Origin: Candidatus Aenigmatarchaeota archaeon
GTDB taxonomy: Archaea; Aenigmatarchaeota; Aenigmatarchaeia; CG10238-14; SpSt-28
Length of the DNA: 62,116 nt
Reading direction: 5' to 3'
NCBI GenBank assembly: GCA_018920305.1
Contig: JAHLMO010000003.1
Location: 1-62,116 of the forward strand
Shown: piece by piece, positions 1-10,140 of the stretch
Numbering within the stretch: position 1 is the first letter of the stretch
How the letters are laid out: every line of letters begins with the position of its first letter
The notes under the pieces: model-generated
What the model saw: the letters and a program-made list of their open reading frames with translations, nothing else
Databases searched by the model: none
What the model was told of the DNA's origin: nothing
Made by a program: the position numbers and the translations under genes

Positions 1-2346
1 TTCTATTCTCATTAAACCTATTCCTTCAAATGGTAAATTTCTATATTTTTTAATAGCTTCTGGAACTCCTAAATTCATCAATATCTTTGTTTTAGTTTTT
101 AATTTTTTAACTTCTTCAACTTCAACCTCTTCGCTCTTAATATATTTTAATAATTCCTCAACTTTTCCATCATATACATAACCCCTATATGCATCTACAG
201 TAACAATTTGATTTTCAACTAAAACTTTTGTTGCTTCCTTTGTTCCAACTATACAAGGAATTCCCATTTCTCTACTTACTATTGCAGCATGCGAATTAGA
301 TACTAATATTGGAACAAAATTTTCGGATAAAATTATATAATTTTTTTCTAATTCATTACTTCCATAGACTTCAAAATTATAAACATAATCATATTTTTCT
401 TTCGAAATAAAATTAATTGGAAATCTTAAAATTTTCCTTCTTTTTAATTTATCCTTTTTCAATATTAATTTACCATTAACTATATTCGGTAAGACTCCAA
501 TCTTAATTAAAGCAAGAGATATTGCCTTGATTAAATTTTCTTCCCATATTTCAATAGAATTATTTAAGCTTAACAAACCTTTTAGAAAATACTTTGTAGA
601 TTCCTTATCCAAATTTAAAACAAATATTTCTAAATTATTTAATATTTTAATTAAAAATGTATTTTCCAATTCTAATAATTCAGATTTTAATATTTGAATT
701 TGATGCGAATTATCTCTATTTATGTTTTCAACAATTTCTGATAGTTTCTTTGTAGCAATTAGACTACCTATTAAATATGCTAACTTTTTAGAGTTTATAC
801 TTATTAATTTTTCTGGTATATCAACTATAGAAATTAGTGGAATATTTCTCTTATATAAAATTTCAATAGGAATTTTCTTAATTTGATTATCCTCAAAAAC
901 AATTGCCTTATGATCTTTAGTTAAATAAATAGCATCAGAAAAATCTCTTATAAAAATTTTATAAATATAGTCTTTTCTTCTTCCAGCAGCTATAATTCTT
1001 TTCCAAACTAATTTTTTTTCTAAATTCATTGATAAGAGATAAACAACTTTATCCTCAGCAACTAACTTATAAACTTTTTCTGCTTCCAAGATACCATAAT
1101 TTGTTATTAATTTTGTATTAGGAGCTAAACAAGTCATTCCACCTTCGTCTGTAATTATCGCAGCCGCTCTTTTCATAGCAGGAACCATATCTGGTTCGGT
1201 CATAGTAGTTACTAAAATATCTCCCTCTTCTATTTTATTAATTTCTGAAGCATCCTTTAAAATTTTTACTTTTCCTATTGCAATTCCACCACTAGCAGCT
1301 AAACCTTTCAATATTGGCTTTATTTTTATATTAACTTCATCTAATTTTTTTTCAAAAAATGCAGTTACAGGTCTTGATTGAACTATATAAATTTTTTCGT
1401 TTTCAACTACATATTCGACATCTTGTGGAAAATTATAATGTTTTTCAATTTTTAATAAAATTTTCCACAATTCTCTTAAAATTTTATCATTTAAGCATGG
1501 AATCTCACTTAATTCTTTAGGAACTTCTACTTCTTCTAATCCAAAATCTCCGCTTGCTATTTTCATTTTTGTTTTTTTAGATATATGTTTTTCTAAAATT
1601 TTTCCTGTTCTCTTATCTATAACAAAAGTATCTGGAGTAACATATCCACTAACAACAGCTTCTCCCTGACCATAATGAGCTTCAATAACTATTTTATTTT
1701 TATCTCCACTCGCTGGATGTATTGTAAAGGCTACACCAGCAACATATTTACCTTTTAAATACTCTTCTTTAGAAATTTTTCCAAGTTGTTTTTGAATTAC
1801 TACAGCAATATCAACTTTTAAATGATCGAATCCTTTTTTTGTTCTATAGAATGTTGCTCTAGCGGTAAATAACGAAGCCCAACACTTTTTAACTGCGTTT
1901 AAAACATTTTCTACTCCTTTTACATTTAAAATCGTTTCTTGTTGACCAGCAAAACTTGCCTCTTTTATATCTTCTGCAGTAGCACTGCTTCTAGCAACAA
2001 CATAAATTTCTTTACCACCTTCAATTTCACTTAGTTTTTTATAAGCCTCAATAATTTCTTTTTCTAAGTCTTTTGGCATTGGCGCATTTTTTATTAATTC
2101 TCGAATTTTTTCAGTATTTTTTTCTAGTTGTTCTGTATTATCAACATCTGTTTGATCTAAAATTTCTTTAATTTTTTTATCTATTCCATTTCTAACTATA
2201 TGCTCTCTATATGCATTTCCTAAAACAACAAAACCATTAGGAACTGGTATTCCAGAATTTATTAATTCGCCAAGATTTGCACCTTTTCCACCAGCAATAT
2301 TTACATCATTTTTATTCAATTCTTTTAAAAATTTTATGTATTTCAT
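1..2346 (-). CDS. ppsA: phosphoenolpyruvate synthase (pyruvate, water dikinase); C-terminus lies outside the window; interrupted in-frame by an intein
   Basis: Absent from the supplied ORF track because it runs off the window edge. Minus-strand ATG at 2346-2344, with the frame open down to position 1. The N-terminus MKYIKFLKELNKNDVNIAGGKGANLGELINSGIPVPNGFVV matches the PEP-utilising-enzyme ATP-grasp domain. The phospho-His loop GGMT/SHAAIVSREMGIPCIVG is split by the intein. The tail ...NLGVPEAIKKYRNLPFEGIGLMRIE begins the PEP/pyruvate-binding domain. Confidence 0.85.
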   Translation of the reverse strand, partial: MKYIKFLKELNKNDVNIAGGKGANLGELINSGIPVPNGFVVLGNAYREHIVRNGIDKKIKEILDQTDVDNTEQLEKNTEKIRELIKNAPMPKDLEKEIIEAYKKLSEIEGGKEIYVVARSSATAEDIKEASFAGQQETILNVKGVENVLNAVKKCWASLFTARATFYRTKKGFDHLKVDIAVVIQKQLGKISKEEYLKGKYVAGVAFTIHPASGDKNKIVIEAHYGQGEAVVSGYVTPDTFVIDKRTGKILEKHISKKTKMKIASGDFGLEEVEVPKELSEIPCLNDKILRELWKILLKIEKHYNFPQDVEYVVENEKIYIVQSRPVTAFFEKKLDEVNIKIKPILKGLAASGGIAIGKVKILKDASEINKIEEGDILVTTMTEPDMVPAMKRAAAIITDEGGMTCLAPNTKLITNYGILEAEKVYKLVAEDKVVYLLSMNLEKKLVWKRIIAAGRRKDYIYKIFIRDFSDAIYLTKDHKAIVFEDNQIKKIPIEILYKRNIPLISIVDIPEKLISINSKKLAYLIGSLIATKKLSEIVENINRDNSHQIQILKSELLELENTFLIKILNNLEIFVLNLDKESTKYFLKGLLSLNNSIEIWEENLIKAISLALIKIGVLPNIVNGKLILKKDKLKRRKILRFPINFISKEKYDYVYNFEVYGSNELEKNYIILSENFVPILVSNSHAAIVSREMGIPCIVGTKEATKVLVENQIVTVDAYRGYVYDGKVEELLKYIKSEEVEVEEVKKLKTKTKILMNLGVPEAIKKYRNLPFEGIGLMRIE
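295..1131 (-). mobile_element. intein (279 codons) inserted in the catalytic phospho-histidine loop of PpsA; the middle domain looks like a decayed LAGLIDADG endonuclease
   Basis: Junctions read ...AAIITDEGGMT|CLAPNTKLITNYGILEAEKVYKLV... and ...NYIILSENFVPILVSN|SHAAIVSREMG. Removing 837 nt restores GGMTSHAAIV. Cys1 (block A), LTKDH (TxxH, block B), DYVYNFEVYG...ILVSN (blocks F/G), terminal Asn and +1 Ser are all present. Confidence 0.75.
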
Positions 2347-2447
2347 ATAAATATAAATAGCATTAAAGATTTATATTAATTTCTTTCATTAATGTTAAAC
2401 ATTGCAATTTGTTTCAAATATATTTCGAAAAGAAATTTAAATGCTTT

Positions 2448-4199
2448 ATGAAGAAAAGAATTGCAGTAATAGATAGAGAACTATGTAGATTTGATAAATG
2501 TAATCTAGTTTGTATATCTAAATGTCCCATAGCTGCAAATAATAAAAAAGCCGTATATTTCAACGAAGAAAAAAATATAGTCGCTATAGATGAAGATCTT
2601 TGTATTGGTTGTGGTATATGTATTAAAGTTTGTCCATTTGACGCAATAAGAATTGTAAATTTTCCAAAACCATTAGATCAAAAGCCAATACATAGATTTG
2701 GGATAAATGGTTTTGAATTATACAATTTACCTTTTCCGATAGAAAATAAAATAGTTGGTATAATTGGTCCAAATGGTATTGGAAAAACATCTTCGTTAAA
2801 AATATTAATAGGGGAAATTAAACCGAATTTTGGTGAAATTGATAAAGAATATGAAATTTCAGATTTAATAAAAATTTTTAGAGGTAAAGAAATTCAAAAT
2901 TATTTAGAAAAATTAAAAGAAAATAAAGTAAGGCTTTCTTATAAGCCACAAAGAGTTGATTTAATTCCAAAACTTCTAAAAGGAAAAGTTAAAGATATTA
3001 TCGATAGTTTAAAAGAAGATAAAGAAAAGATATTTCTTATTTTAAACGAATTTGGAATTTCTATCTTAGAAAAAAATATTGAAAATCTTAGTGGCGGAGA
3101 ATTGCAAGCATTAGCAATTTCTATTTCGCTAGCGAAAAATGCAGATTTCTATTATTTTGATGAACCAACAACTTTTTTAGATATATCTCAAAGATTTAAT
3201 TTAATTAATATTTTTAGAAGACATTTAAAAGACAAATCATCAATAATTGTTGATCATGACATAGCATTTTTAGATGCATTATGCGATTATATTCATATAT
3301 TTTACGGAATGCCATCTGTATATGGAATCGTAAGTAATCTATTATCAGCTAGAGTCGGTATTAATAACTTTTTTGAAGGTTATATAAAAGAAGAAAACAT
3401 TAAGTTTAGAGATTTCGAAATTAAATTTGAAAAAACTCAACAAATCCAACCAAAAAACGAAATTCTAATAAAAATTGAGAATTTTGAAAAAAAATTAGAT
3501 TCATTTAAATTATTTGTTGAAAGTTTTGAAATAAGAAAAAAAGAAATAATTGGTGTAATCGGAGCTAATGCTCTTGGAAAAACTACTTTTGCAAAAATTT
3601 TAGCTAAAGAAATTGAAAGTAACTTAAATTTAAGCATTTCTATTTCTTATAAACCTCAATTTATTAATATAGATTTTGATGGAAGTGTTGAAGAATATTT
3701 AAATTCAATTAAAAAAATTGGTGAAAATGAAATAAAAGAAATAATATTTCCCCTAAACTTACAGAGAATTTTGCTGAAAAATATAAAAAATTTGAGTGGT
3801 GGTGAAATGCAAAGAGTTGCAATAGCTGCATGTTTATTAAAAGATTCCGATTTATATATTTTAGATGAACCCTCTGCTTTTTTAGATATCGAAGAGAGAA
3901 TATCTCTAATAAAAAATTTAAAGGATTTTATTGAAAATAGAGAAAAAAGTTTTTTAGTTATTGATCATGACTTAACTTTTATCTCTTACATTTCGCATAG
4001 AATATTATTATTTAAAGGTAATCCAGGAACATTTGGTAAGGCTAAAATCTATGAATTAAAGGATGGAATAAATGAATTTTTAAAAGAATTTCAAATCACA
4101 TTTAGAAAAGATAAAGAAACAAATAGGCCAAGAATTAATAAGTTCGATTCAAAAATAGATAGAGAACAAAAAGAAAAAGGAATTTATTTTGATGTTTAA
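2448..4199 (+). CDS. ABCE1: ABCE1 / RNase L inhibitor-type ribosome recycling ATPase
   Basis: N-terminal double 4Fe-4S cysteine clusters (CRFDKCNLVCISKCP, CIGCGICIKVCP) precede two ABC cassettes (GPNGIGKTS, LSGGELQ, YYFDEPT; GANALGKTT, LSGGEMQRV, YILDEPS). The ATG at 2448 (MKKRIAVID) is preferred over the TTG at 2409 used by the track. Confidence 0.9.
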   Translation: MKKRIAVIDRELCRFDKCNLVCISKCPIAANNKKAVYFNEEKNIVAIDEDLCIGCGICIKVCPFDAIRIVNFPKPLDQKPIHRFGINGFELYNLPFPIENKIVGIIGPNGIGKTSSLKILIGEIKPNFGEIDKEYEISDLIKIFRGKEIQNYLEKLKENKVRLSYKPQRVDLIPKLLKGKVKDIIDSLKEDKEKIFLILNEFGISILEKNIENLSGGELQALAISISLAKNADFYYFDEPTTFLDISQRFNLINIFRRHLKDKSSIIVDHDIAFLDALCDYIHIFYGMPSVYGIVSNLLSARVGINNFFEGYIKEENIKFRDFEIKFEKTQQIQPKNEILIKIENFEKKLDSFKLFVESFEIRKKEIIGVIGANALGKTTFAKILAKEIESNLNLSISISYKPQFINIDFDGSVEEYLNSIKKIGENEIKEIIFPLNLQRILLKNIKNLSGGEMQRVAIAACLLKDSDLYILDEPSAFLDIEERISLIKNLKDFIENREKSFLVIDHDLTFISYISHRILLFKGNPGTFGKAKIYELKDGINEFLKEFQITFRKDKETNRPRINKFDSKIDREQKEKGIYFDV

Positions 4200-4201
4200 T
4201 T

Positions 4202-4840
4202 ATGGTAAGATTAGATAAGATAAGAAGATTGAAAGAAAATCTTGCAGTAAAAAGATTTTTCATAACTCTAATTTTAACTATTTCAATTTCTCTTTTCTAT
4301 TTTAATTTATATAAATTTTTAGAAACACCAAAATTAACTCTTATTAGAAAGTTTGAAATATCTAATGCATTTGTTTGGATAAGAAAAGATATAGATAGTG
4401 GTTTTTTCGCTATTGAAAGAACTTATGAATATAAAATAAATTATCCATATCTAATTAAAAGAAGTTTTTACTGTTACGACTTACCAAAGAACGCTATTTT
4501 TTATTTAAAAACTGGAGAAATGATAGAAGTAAATTATATTGAAGATAAAGTATGTATTTCTTCAGAAATTAGAGAATTTGTAATAAAAGAAGTTGAAAAA
4601 AGAGATATAAGAAACTATGTTAGATTAATTGTTTTAGAAAATTCATATAAAGTTTTAATAAAAAATCCTTTTGATTTTCCATTAAATTTAGATATTAGAA
4701 TAGATGTGGAATCTCTAATTAATAAACAAGGAAATATCTATAGAGATGGAATTTTAATCTTATCAAATGCTTCTTATTTCTTTGATTCAAAAGTGATTTT
4801 GCCCTATGGAAATTTGGAATATGAAATTAGAGGAGATTAA
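4202..4840 (+). CDS. hypothetical protein with one N-terminal transmembrane helix
   Basis: ORF only. It has a hydrophobic segment FFITLILTISISLFYFNLY and is wedged between ABCE1 (3-nt gap) and tmcA (overlap). No motif recognised. Confidence 0.5.
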   Translation: MVRLDKIRRLKENLAVKRFFITLILTISISLFYFNLYKFLETPKLTLIRKFEISNAFVWIRKDIDSGFFAIERTYEYKINYPYLIKRSFYCYDLPKNAIFYLKTGEMIEVNYIEDKVCISSEIREFVIKEVEKRDIRNYVRLIVLENSYKVLIKNPFDFPLNLDIRIDVESLINKQGNIYRDGILILSNASYFFDSKVILPYGNLEYEIRGD

Positions 4841-7064
4841 AAAATTAGTTTTAGAACTTAAAAACGAAGCTAAAAAATTCAACGAAAGAAGAATTTTAGC
4901 AATTTTTTGTGATAAAGATTTAAATTATCTAAAAGAAATTTTTAAAATTATTGAAAGTAAGAATTCGATTTTTGTAAGTAATGAAATATCTAAATTTGAA
5001 AACTTAAATCTAAATTTTTATTTTCTTGAGTTTAAAGATAGCAGAAAAATTTTAGGTCAAACTTTTGATAATGCTATTATAGACTTTAGAGAAAACATTC
5101 ATCCAGATGATATCGGAAGAATTGTAGATAGTATAAAAGGCGGTGGAATAATAATTTTTATTTTTAGAAAATTGAACGAATTTCTAGACTATCAATATAA
5201 ATTTAAGAAGTTGCTAGTATATTCTGATCAAATGCCAAGAAATGTTTTTGAAATTAGATTTTTTAAAAAATTATTTGAAGGAAAACCAATTTCAATAGTA
5301 ACTATTGAAAATGAAAACATCGAAATTAAAAAAATTGGAAAAGTAGAAAAAGAAAAAATGGAAAAAGAAAAGATAGTTTTTCCGAAATCAAAAATACCAA
5401 AAATAATTTTTAAAATTTGTAAAACTCAAGATCAAGTAAATGTAATTAATTTATTAGATATTTTTTTTGAAAACGATAAAAAAGTTTTTATATTAAAAGC
5501 AAATAGAGGTAGAGGTAAATCATCTAGCCTAGGACTTTTTTTAGCAAATTTAATCTATAAATTTGAAAAAAGAAAATTCAAAATAAAGATATGCATAAGC
5601 TCCTTAGAAAAAGAAAATGTAAATACATTATATAGATTTTTAGAGATCGGATTGAATAAGCTAAAAATTAAGTATAAAAAAGAAAATTATAAAATTATAA
5701 CAAATTATTGCTATATAGAATATAGTGAACCAATAAAAATTTTAGAAAATAAATATGACTTAGTAATTATTGACGAAGCTGCAGCAATATCAGCAAATAT
5801 ATTAATTAGAGTTGCAAAAAAATTTGAAAAGTGCATATTTTCATCTACAATTCATGGCTACGAAGGTTCTGGTAGAAGTTTTGAAATAAAATTTAAGGAA
5901 TTCTTAAGAGAAGAAAATATCGAATTTATAGAATATGAAATGAAAGAACCCATAAGATATTCAATTGATGATGAAGTAGAAAAATGGATATTTGATTTTC
6001 TTTTATTAGATAGCGAACCTTGTGAATTAGATAAAGAAGATATAATGAAAATATCTAGAGAAGAATATGAATACTCGAAAATAGATATAGAAAAATTGTT
6101 TGAAGATGAAGAATTATTAAGAAATTTTTTTGGTATTTATGTTATTGCACACTATAGAAATAGACCAAGAGATTTAGGAATATTAGCAGATGCTCCACAC
6201 CATTTTGCTAGATTTGTTAATGTAAAAAATACAAAAAAAATTATAAATTCATTGCATCTTAGTTTTGAAGGTAATTTAAATGACGATTTAATAAATTATA
6301 TTTTATCAAAAGGTGCTAAAGAGATTTTTGGAAACATTATTCCAGGAATATTATTGAGACATTATAGAGAAAAAGAAATTGCTAAATTGAAAGGAATTAG
6401 AATAGTAAGGATAGCTACTCATCCCAAATTATTTAGTTTGGGTATTGGAAGTTATGCAATAAAAAAAATTGAAGAAGAATTCGAAGATAAAGTTGATTAT
6501 ATTGGCACTGTTTTTGGTATTTCACCAAAGCTTGCAAAATTTTGGATAAAAAACGGTTTTGTTCCTTTGCATATTTCTTCTAAGAGAAATGAAACAAGTG
6601 GAGAGTATAGCACTATATGGATTAAACCTTTGAATGATAAAGCCAAAGAAATAGTGGAAAAAATTTATTTTGAATTTAAACAAAGATTAATTGCTAGTTT
6701 ATCCGATGCGTATTACGATATGGAATTAGAGAGTGCATATATACTACTAAGCAAACCTATCAATTCTTACTATTTTCCATTGCTAACTAAAAATCAAATA
6801 GAAAGAATAGAGGCATTTTCACAAGATTTATTGCCATATGAAAGTGTTACAGATGTTGTAAAAGAAATTGCAAAATTTTACTTTTTAACTAATTATCAAA
6901 ATCTACTTAATGAATTTGAACAGAAAGTTTTAATTGGAAAATTATTTCTAGGAAAAGGTTGGAAAAAGTTAAGTTTAGATTTGAATAAGAAGAATGTTAC
7001 AGAAGATTTTAGAAATATAATAAAAAAACTTTGGAATAATTTTAAGCCGTTAATCGAAGTTTAA
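4806..7064 (+). CDS. tmcA: tRNA(Met) cytidine acetyltransferase TmcA (Kre33/NAT10 family)
   Basis: Helicase-like P-loop GRGKSSSLG, IIDEAAAI and STIHGYEGSGRSFE, followed by a GNAT segment RIVRIATHP...GIGSYA. Confidence 0.85.
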   Translation: MEIWNMKLEEIKKLVLELKNEAKKFNERRILAIFCDKDLNYLKEIFKIIESKNSIFVSNEISKFENLNLNFYFLEFKDSRKILGQTFDNAIIDFRENIHPDDIGRIVDSIKGGGIIIFIFRKLNEFLDYQYKFKKLLVYSDQMPRNVFEIRFFKKLFEGKPISIVTIENENIEIKKIGKVEKEKMEKEKIVFPKSKIPKIIFKICKTQDQVNVINLLDIFFENDKKVFILKANRGRGKSSSLGLFLANLIYKFEKRKFKIKICISSLEKENVNTLYRFLEIGLNKLKIKYKKENYKIITNYCYIEYSEPIKILENKYDLVIIDEAAAISANILIRVAKKFEKCIFSSTIHGYEGSGRSFEIKFKEFLREENIEFIEYEMKEPIRYSIDDEVEKWIFDFLLLDSEPCELDKEDIMKISREEYEYSKIDIEKLFEDEELLRNFFGIYVIAHYRNRPRDLGILADAPHHFARFVNVKNTKKIINSLHLSFEGNLNDDLINYILSKGAKEIFGNIIPGILLRHYREKEIAKLKGIRIVRIATHPKLFSLGIGSYAIKKIEEEFEDKVDYIGTVFGISPKLAKFWIKNGFVPLHISSKRNETSGEYSTIWIKPLNDKAKEIVEKIYFEFKQRLIASLSDAYYDMELESAYILLSKPINSYYFPLLTKNQIERIEAFSQDLLPYESVTDVVKEIAKFYFLTNYQNLLNEFEQKVLIGKLFLGKGWKKLSLDLNKKNVTEDFRNIIKKLWNNFKPLIEV

Positions 7065-7103
7065 ATAAAAATAATCAATATAAATTTATATCTTTAATAA
7101 ATT

Positions 7104-7514
7104 ATGCCTGTATGGAAAATTGTAGTAAGTGATCCAGAAACAAGAAAAGCATATCAAATAGAAATAGATCAATCCTTAGCTCCGCAACTAATTGGAAAAA
7201 AAATTGGAGATAAAATAGATGGAAATATTATTGGATTAAGTGGATACGAACTTCAAATAACAGGAGGTACTGATAAAGATGGATTCCCAATGCATCCAAA
7301 TGTTGAAGGTTCTGTAAAGAAAAAAGTTTTATTATCTTCTCCACCTTGTTTTCATCCAAGAAAGAAAGGAGAAAGAAAGAAAAAAACAGTTAGAGGAAAC
7401 ACAATTAGTAGCGATATTGTTCAAATTAATATGAAAATTATTAAAAGGGGAGAAAAACCATTAGAAGAACTTGAAGTAATTAAACAATTTTTGCAGAAAA
7501 AGTCGCAACAATGA
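7104..7514 (+). CDS. rps6e: 30S ribosomal protein S6e (eS6)
   Basis: MPVWKIVVSDPETRKAYQIE...ITGGTDKDGFPM is the eS6 signature. The stop overlaps the next start. Confidence 0.9.
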   Translation: MPVWKIVVSDPETRKAYQIEIDQSLAPQLIGKKIGDKIDGNIIGLSGYELQITGGTDKDGFPMHPNVEGSVKKKVLLSSPPCFHPRKKGERKKKTVRGNTISSDIVQINMKIIKRGEKPLEELEVIKQFLQKKSQQ

Positions 7515-8728
7515 AAGAAGAATTACCTATAATTAACATAGGTTTAGTTGGTCATGTTGCGCATGGCAAAACAATATTAACTAAAGCATTAACAGGTAAA
7601 TTAACTTTACAACATAGCGAAGAATTGAAAAGAGGTATAACTCTTAAGCTAGGATATGCTGATGCAAAATTTTATAAGTGTAAAGATTGCGAATTCTATT
7701 TTTCTGATATTAATAATTTAAAAGCTTGTCCAAGATGTTTTTCAAAAAATATTGAATTCTTAAGGGCAGTTAGCTTTATAGACGCTCCTGGACATGAAAC
7801 TTTAATGAGCTTAGTTCTAACAGCAAGCAGTTTAATGAATGGAGGAATTTTAGTAATTGCATCGAACGAAAAATGTCCGCAACCTCAAACAGAAGAACAT
7901 CTAAAAGCTTTGGAAATAGCAGGAATCAAAAATATAATAATAGCACAAACAAAAATTGATTTAGTAAGAGATAAACAAAAACTTTTAGAACATTATTCTC
8001 AAATAAAAAATTTTTTAAAAAATGCACCTTATGAAAACTCTCCAATAATTCCTATTTCTGCTCAATTTAATGTTAATATTGAATACTTAATAGAAGCAAT
8101 AGAAAAATTTATTCCAACACCACAAAGAAATGAAAAAGAAAAGCCTATAATGTATGCAATAAGAAGTTTTGATATAAACTTACCAGGAACAAAAATAAAA
8201 GAACTAAAAGGAGCTGTTTTTGGGGGTAGCGTAATAAAAGGAAAGTTTAGAGAAAATGATGAAATCGAAATAAAGCCAGCTGCCTATCATAATGGAAAAT
8301 TTATCGACTTAACAGCAAAAATTATTGAAATTAGAAAAAGTGGAATAAAGGTTGAAGAAGCAACCCCAGGAGGATTAATAGGAATTCAAACAAATTTAGA
8401 TGCAAGCATAGCAAAGAATGATTCATTAACTGGAAAAATAATTGGTTTAGTTAATGAACTTCCAAAAGAAGTTAACTCTATATCGTTTGAAATTAGATAC
8501 TTACAAAGATATGCATTAGACGAAAAAGAAATAAAACTAAAAGAAAATGATATGATTTTAATAAATATAGGACCACAAAGAACTGTTGGAATAGTAAAAA
8601 GTATAAGAGAAAATTATTTAGATGTTTTATTAAGATTTCCTGTTGTTGTTCAAAAAAACGATAGAATTTTAATTTCCAAACAAATTAAAGGAAGTTGGAG
8701 ATTAATAGGTTATTCAAATTACAATTAA
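7511..8728 (+). CDS. eif2g: translation initiation factor aIF2 gamma subunit
   Basis: GTPase motifs GHVAHGKT, DAPGHE and QTKIDL, plus the zinc knuckle CKDC...CPRC inserted in the G domain, followed by beta-barrel domains II/III. Confidence 0.9.
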   Translation: MKEELPIINIGLVGHVAHGKTILTKALTGKLTLQHSEELKRGITLKLGYADAKFYKCKDCEFYFSDINNLKACPRCFSKNIEFLRAVSFIDAPGHETLMSLVLTASSLMNGGILVIASNEKCPQPQTEEHLKALEIAGIKNIIIAQTKIDLVRDKQKLLEHYSQIKNFLKNAPYENSPIIPISAQFNVNIEYLIEAIEKFIPTPQRNEKEKPIMYAIRSFDINLPGTKIKELKGAVFGGSVIKGKFRENDEIEIKPAAYHNGKFIDLTAKIIEIRKSGIKVEEATPGGLIGIQTNLDASIAKNDSLTGKIIGLVNELPKEVNSISFEIRYLQRYALDEKEIKLKENDMILINIGPQRTVGIVKSIRENYLDVLLRFPVVVQKNDRILISKQIKGSWRLIGYSNYN

Positions 8729-8758
8729 AAATATAAATTTTATTTTGTAGATAATTAT

Positions 8759-9436
8759 ATGCCAGAGTTATTCCCAGAGCATTTAGGTTACGATAGAACA
8801 ATAGCAGTTTTTAGTCCAGATGGAAGATTATTCCAAGTAGAATATGCAAAAGAAGCTGGTAAAAGGGGTCCTACAGCAATTTCTTTTAGATATGATAAAG
8901 GTGTTATAATTGCAGCAGCTAAATTTGTTGACGAACTCCAAATTAGCGAAAGTGTTGAAAAAATATTTAAAATAGATGATCATATTGGAATGGTTTCTAG
9001 CGGATTAATAGCAGATGCAAGATTTTTAGCAAAAATAGCAAGATATAGAGCACAATCTTATACATTAACTTATGATGAGAAAATAGATGTTGGAGAGTTA
9101 GCAAGATTTATAGGTGATGAAATGCAACAATTCACGATGTATGGCGGTTTAAGACCTTTTGGTGTTTGGTTAATAATTAGTGGTGTTGATGTTAAGGGTG
9201 CCCATGTTTTTGAAATAGAACCTAGTGGAGCAATTTTTGAATGGAAAGCTGTTGCTATTGGAAGACAAGCAGAAGCTGCTATGAAAATATTAAAGCAAAA
9301 ATGGAAAGAAAATATGGATAGAGAAGATTCTATAGAGCTAGCGAAAGAAATATTAAAAAAAGTTGAAAAAGATGCTACAATAGAAATTGTTTATATTGAA
9401 AAAGAGACTCCATTCTCAAAAGTAATAGAAGAATGA
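8759..9436 (+). CDS. psmA: proteasome alpha subunit
   Basis: YDRTIAVFSPDGRLFQVEYA N-terminal alpha-subunit signature. It heads the conserved psmA-SBDS-rrp4-rrp41-rrp42 order. Confidence 0.92.
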   Translation: MPELFPEHLGYDRTIAVFSPDGRLFQVEYAKEAGKRGPTAISFRYDKGVIIAAAKFVDELQISESVEKIFKIDDHIGMVSSGLIADARFLAKIARYRAQSYTLTYDEKIDVGELARFIGDEMQQFTMYGGLRPFGVWLIISGVDVKGAHVFEIEPSGAIFEWKAVAIGRQAEAAMKILKQKWKENMDREDSIELAKEILKKVEKDATIEIVYIEKETPFSKVIEE

Positions 9437-10140
9437 GTATATCCATAGAAAAATCCGTAATTGCTTCTTATAAATTTAAAAATATAAAGTTCGAGATATT
9501 AGTCGATCCTTTAAAAGCGTTCGAATATAAACAAGGTAAAAAACATAGAATAGAAGAAATTCTAGCTGTTAATGACATATTTAAAGATGCTAGAAAAGCC
9601 GAAAGAGCCTCAATTAACGAATTAAAAGAAGTTTTTAATACTACTGATATTTATAAAATAGCGGAAATTATTTTAACAAAAGGAGAAATTCAAATTCCAA
9701 CAGAATTAAAAAGAAAGTTAATAGAGGAAAAAAGAAATCAAATAATAAATTTGATTTCTAAAAGATTTATAAATCCTCAAAATAATTTACCACATCCACC
9801 TCAAAGAATAGCATTAGCTTTAGAGCAAGCAAAAGTTAGTATAGATCCATTTATAGATGCTGAAATACAATTAGAAAATATCGTAAAAGAACTTAAAAAA
9901 ATTATTCCGCTAAAGTTAGAATATATTATAATGGAAATAAAAATTCCATTAAATATTGGAAGTAAAATAATAAATGAAATTAGAAAACTAAAAATAAATA
10001 TTTTAGAGGAAAAATGGTCAGAAAACTATTTATTTTTAAAGGTTAAAATAATTAATGCATCAAAAGACGAAATACTAAATTTACTATATAAATACTCAAA
10101 AGATATCGAAATTAAAGAAATAGGAAAAGAAAATGGCTGA
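9433..10140 (+). CDS. sdo1: SBDS/Sdo1 family ribosome maturation protein
   Basis: KFEILVDPLKAFEYKQGK...ILAVNDIFKDARKAERAS...FNTTDIYKIAEIILTKGEIQIP matches the SBDS N-terminal FYSH domain pattern. Its position in the exosome superoperon supports the call. Confidence 0.85.
   Translation: MSISIEKSVIASYKFKNIKFEILVDPLKAFEYKQGKKHRIEEILAVNDIFKDARKAERASINELKEVFNTTDIYKIAEIILTKGEIQIPTELKRKLIEEKRNQIINLISKRFINPQNNLPHPPQRIALALEQAKVSIDPFIDAEIQLENIVKELKKIIPLKLEYIIMEIKIPLNIGSKIINEIRKLKINILEEKWSENYLFLKVKIINASKDEILNLLYKYSKDIEIKEIGKENG

Noticed and set aside
2409-2447. TTG-initiated 13-codon N-terminal extension of ABCE1 in the track
   Set aside because: The ATG at 2448 gives MKKRIAVIDRELC, the usual ABCE1 N-terminus just before the first Fe-S cluster. 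The extension (MFQIYFEKKFKCF) looks like promoter or leader sequence.
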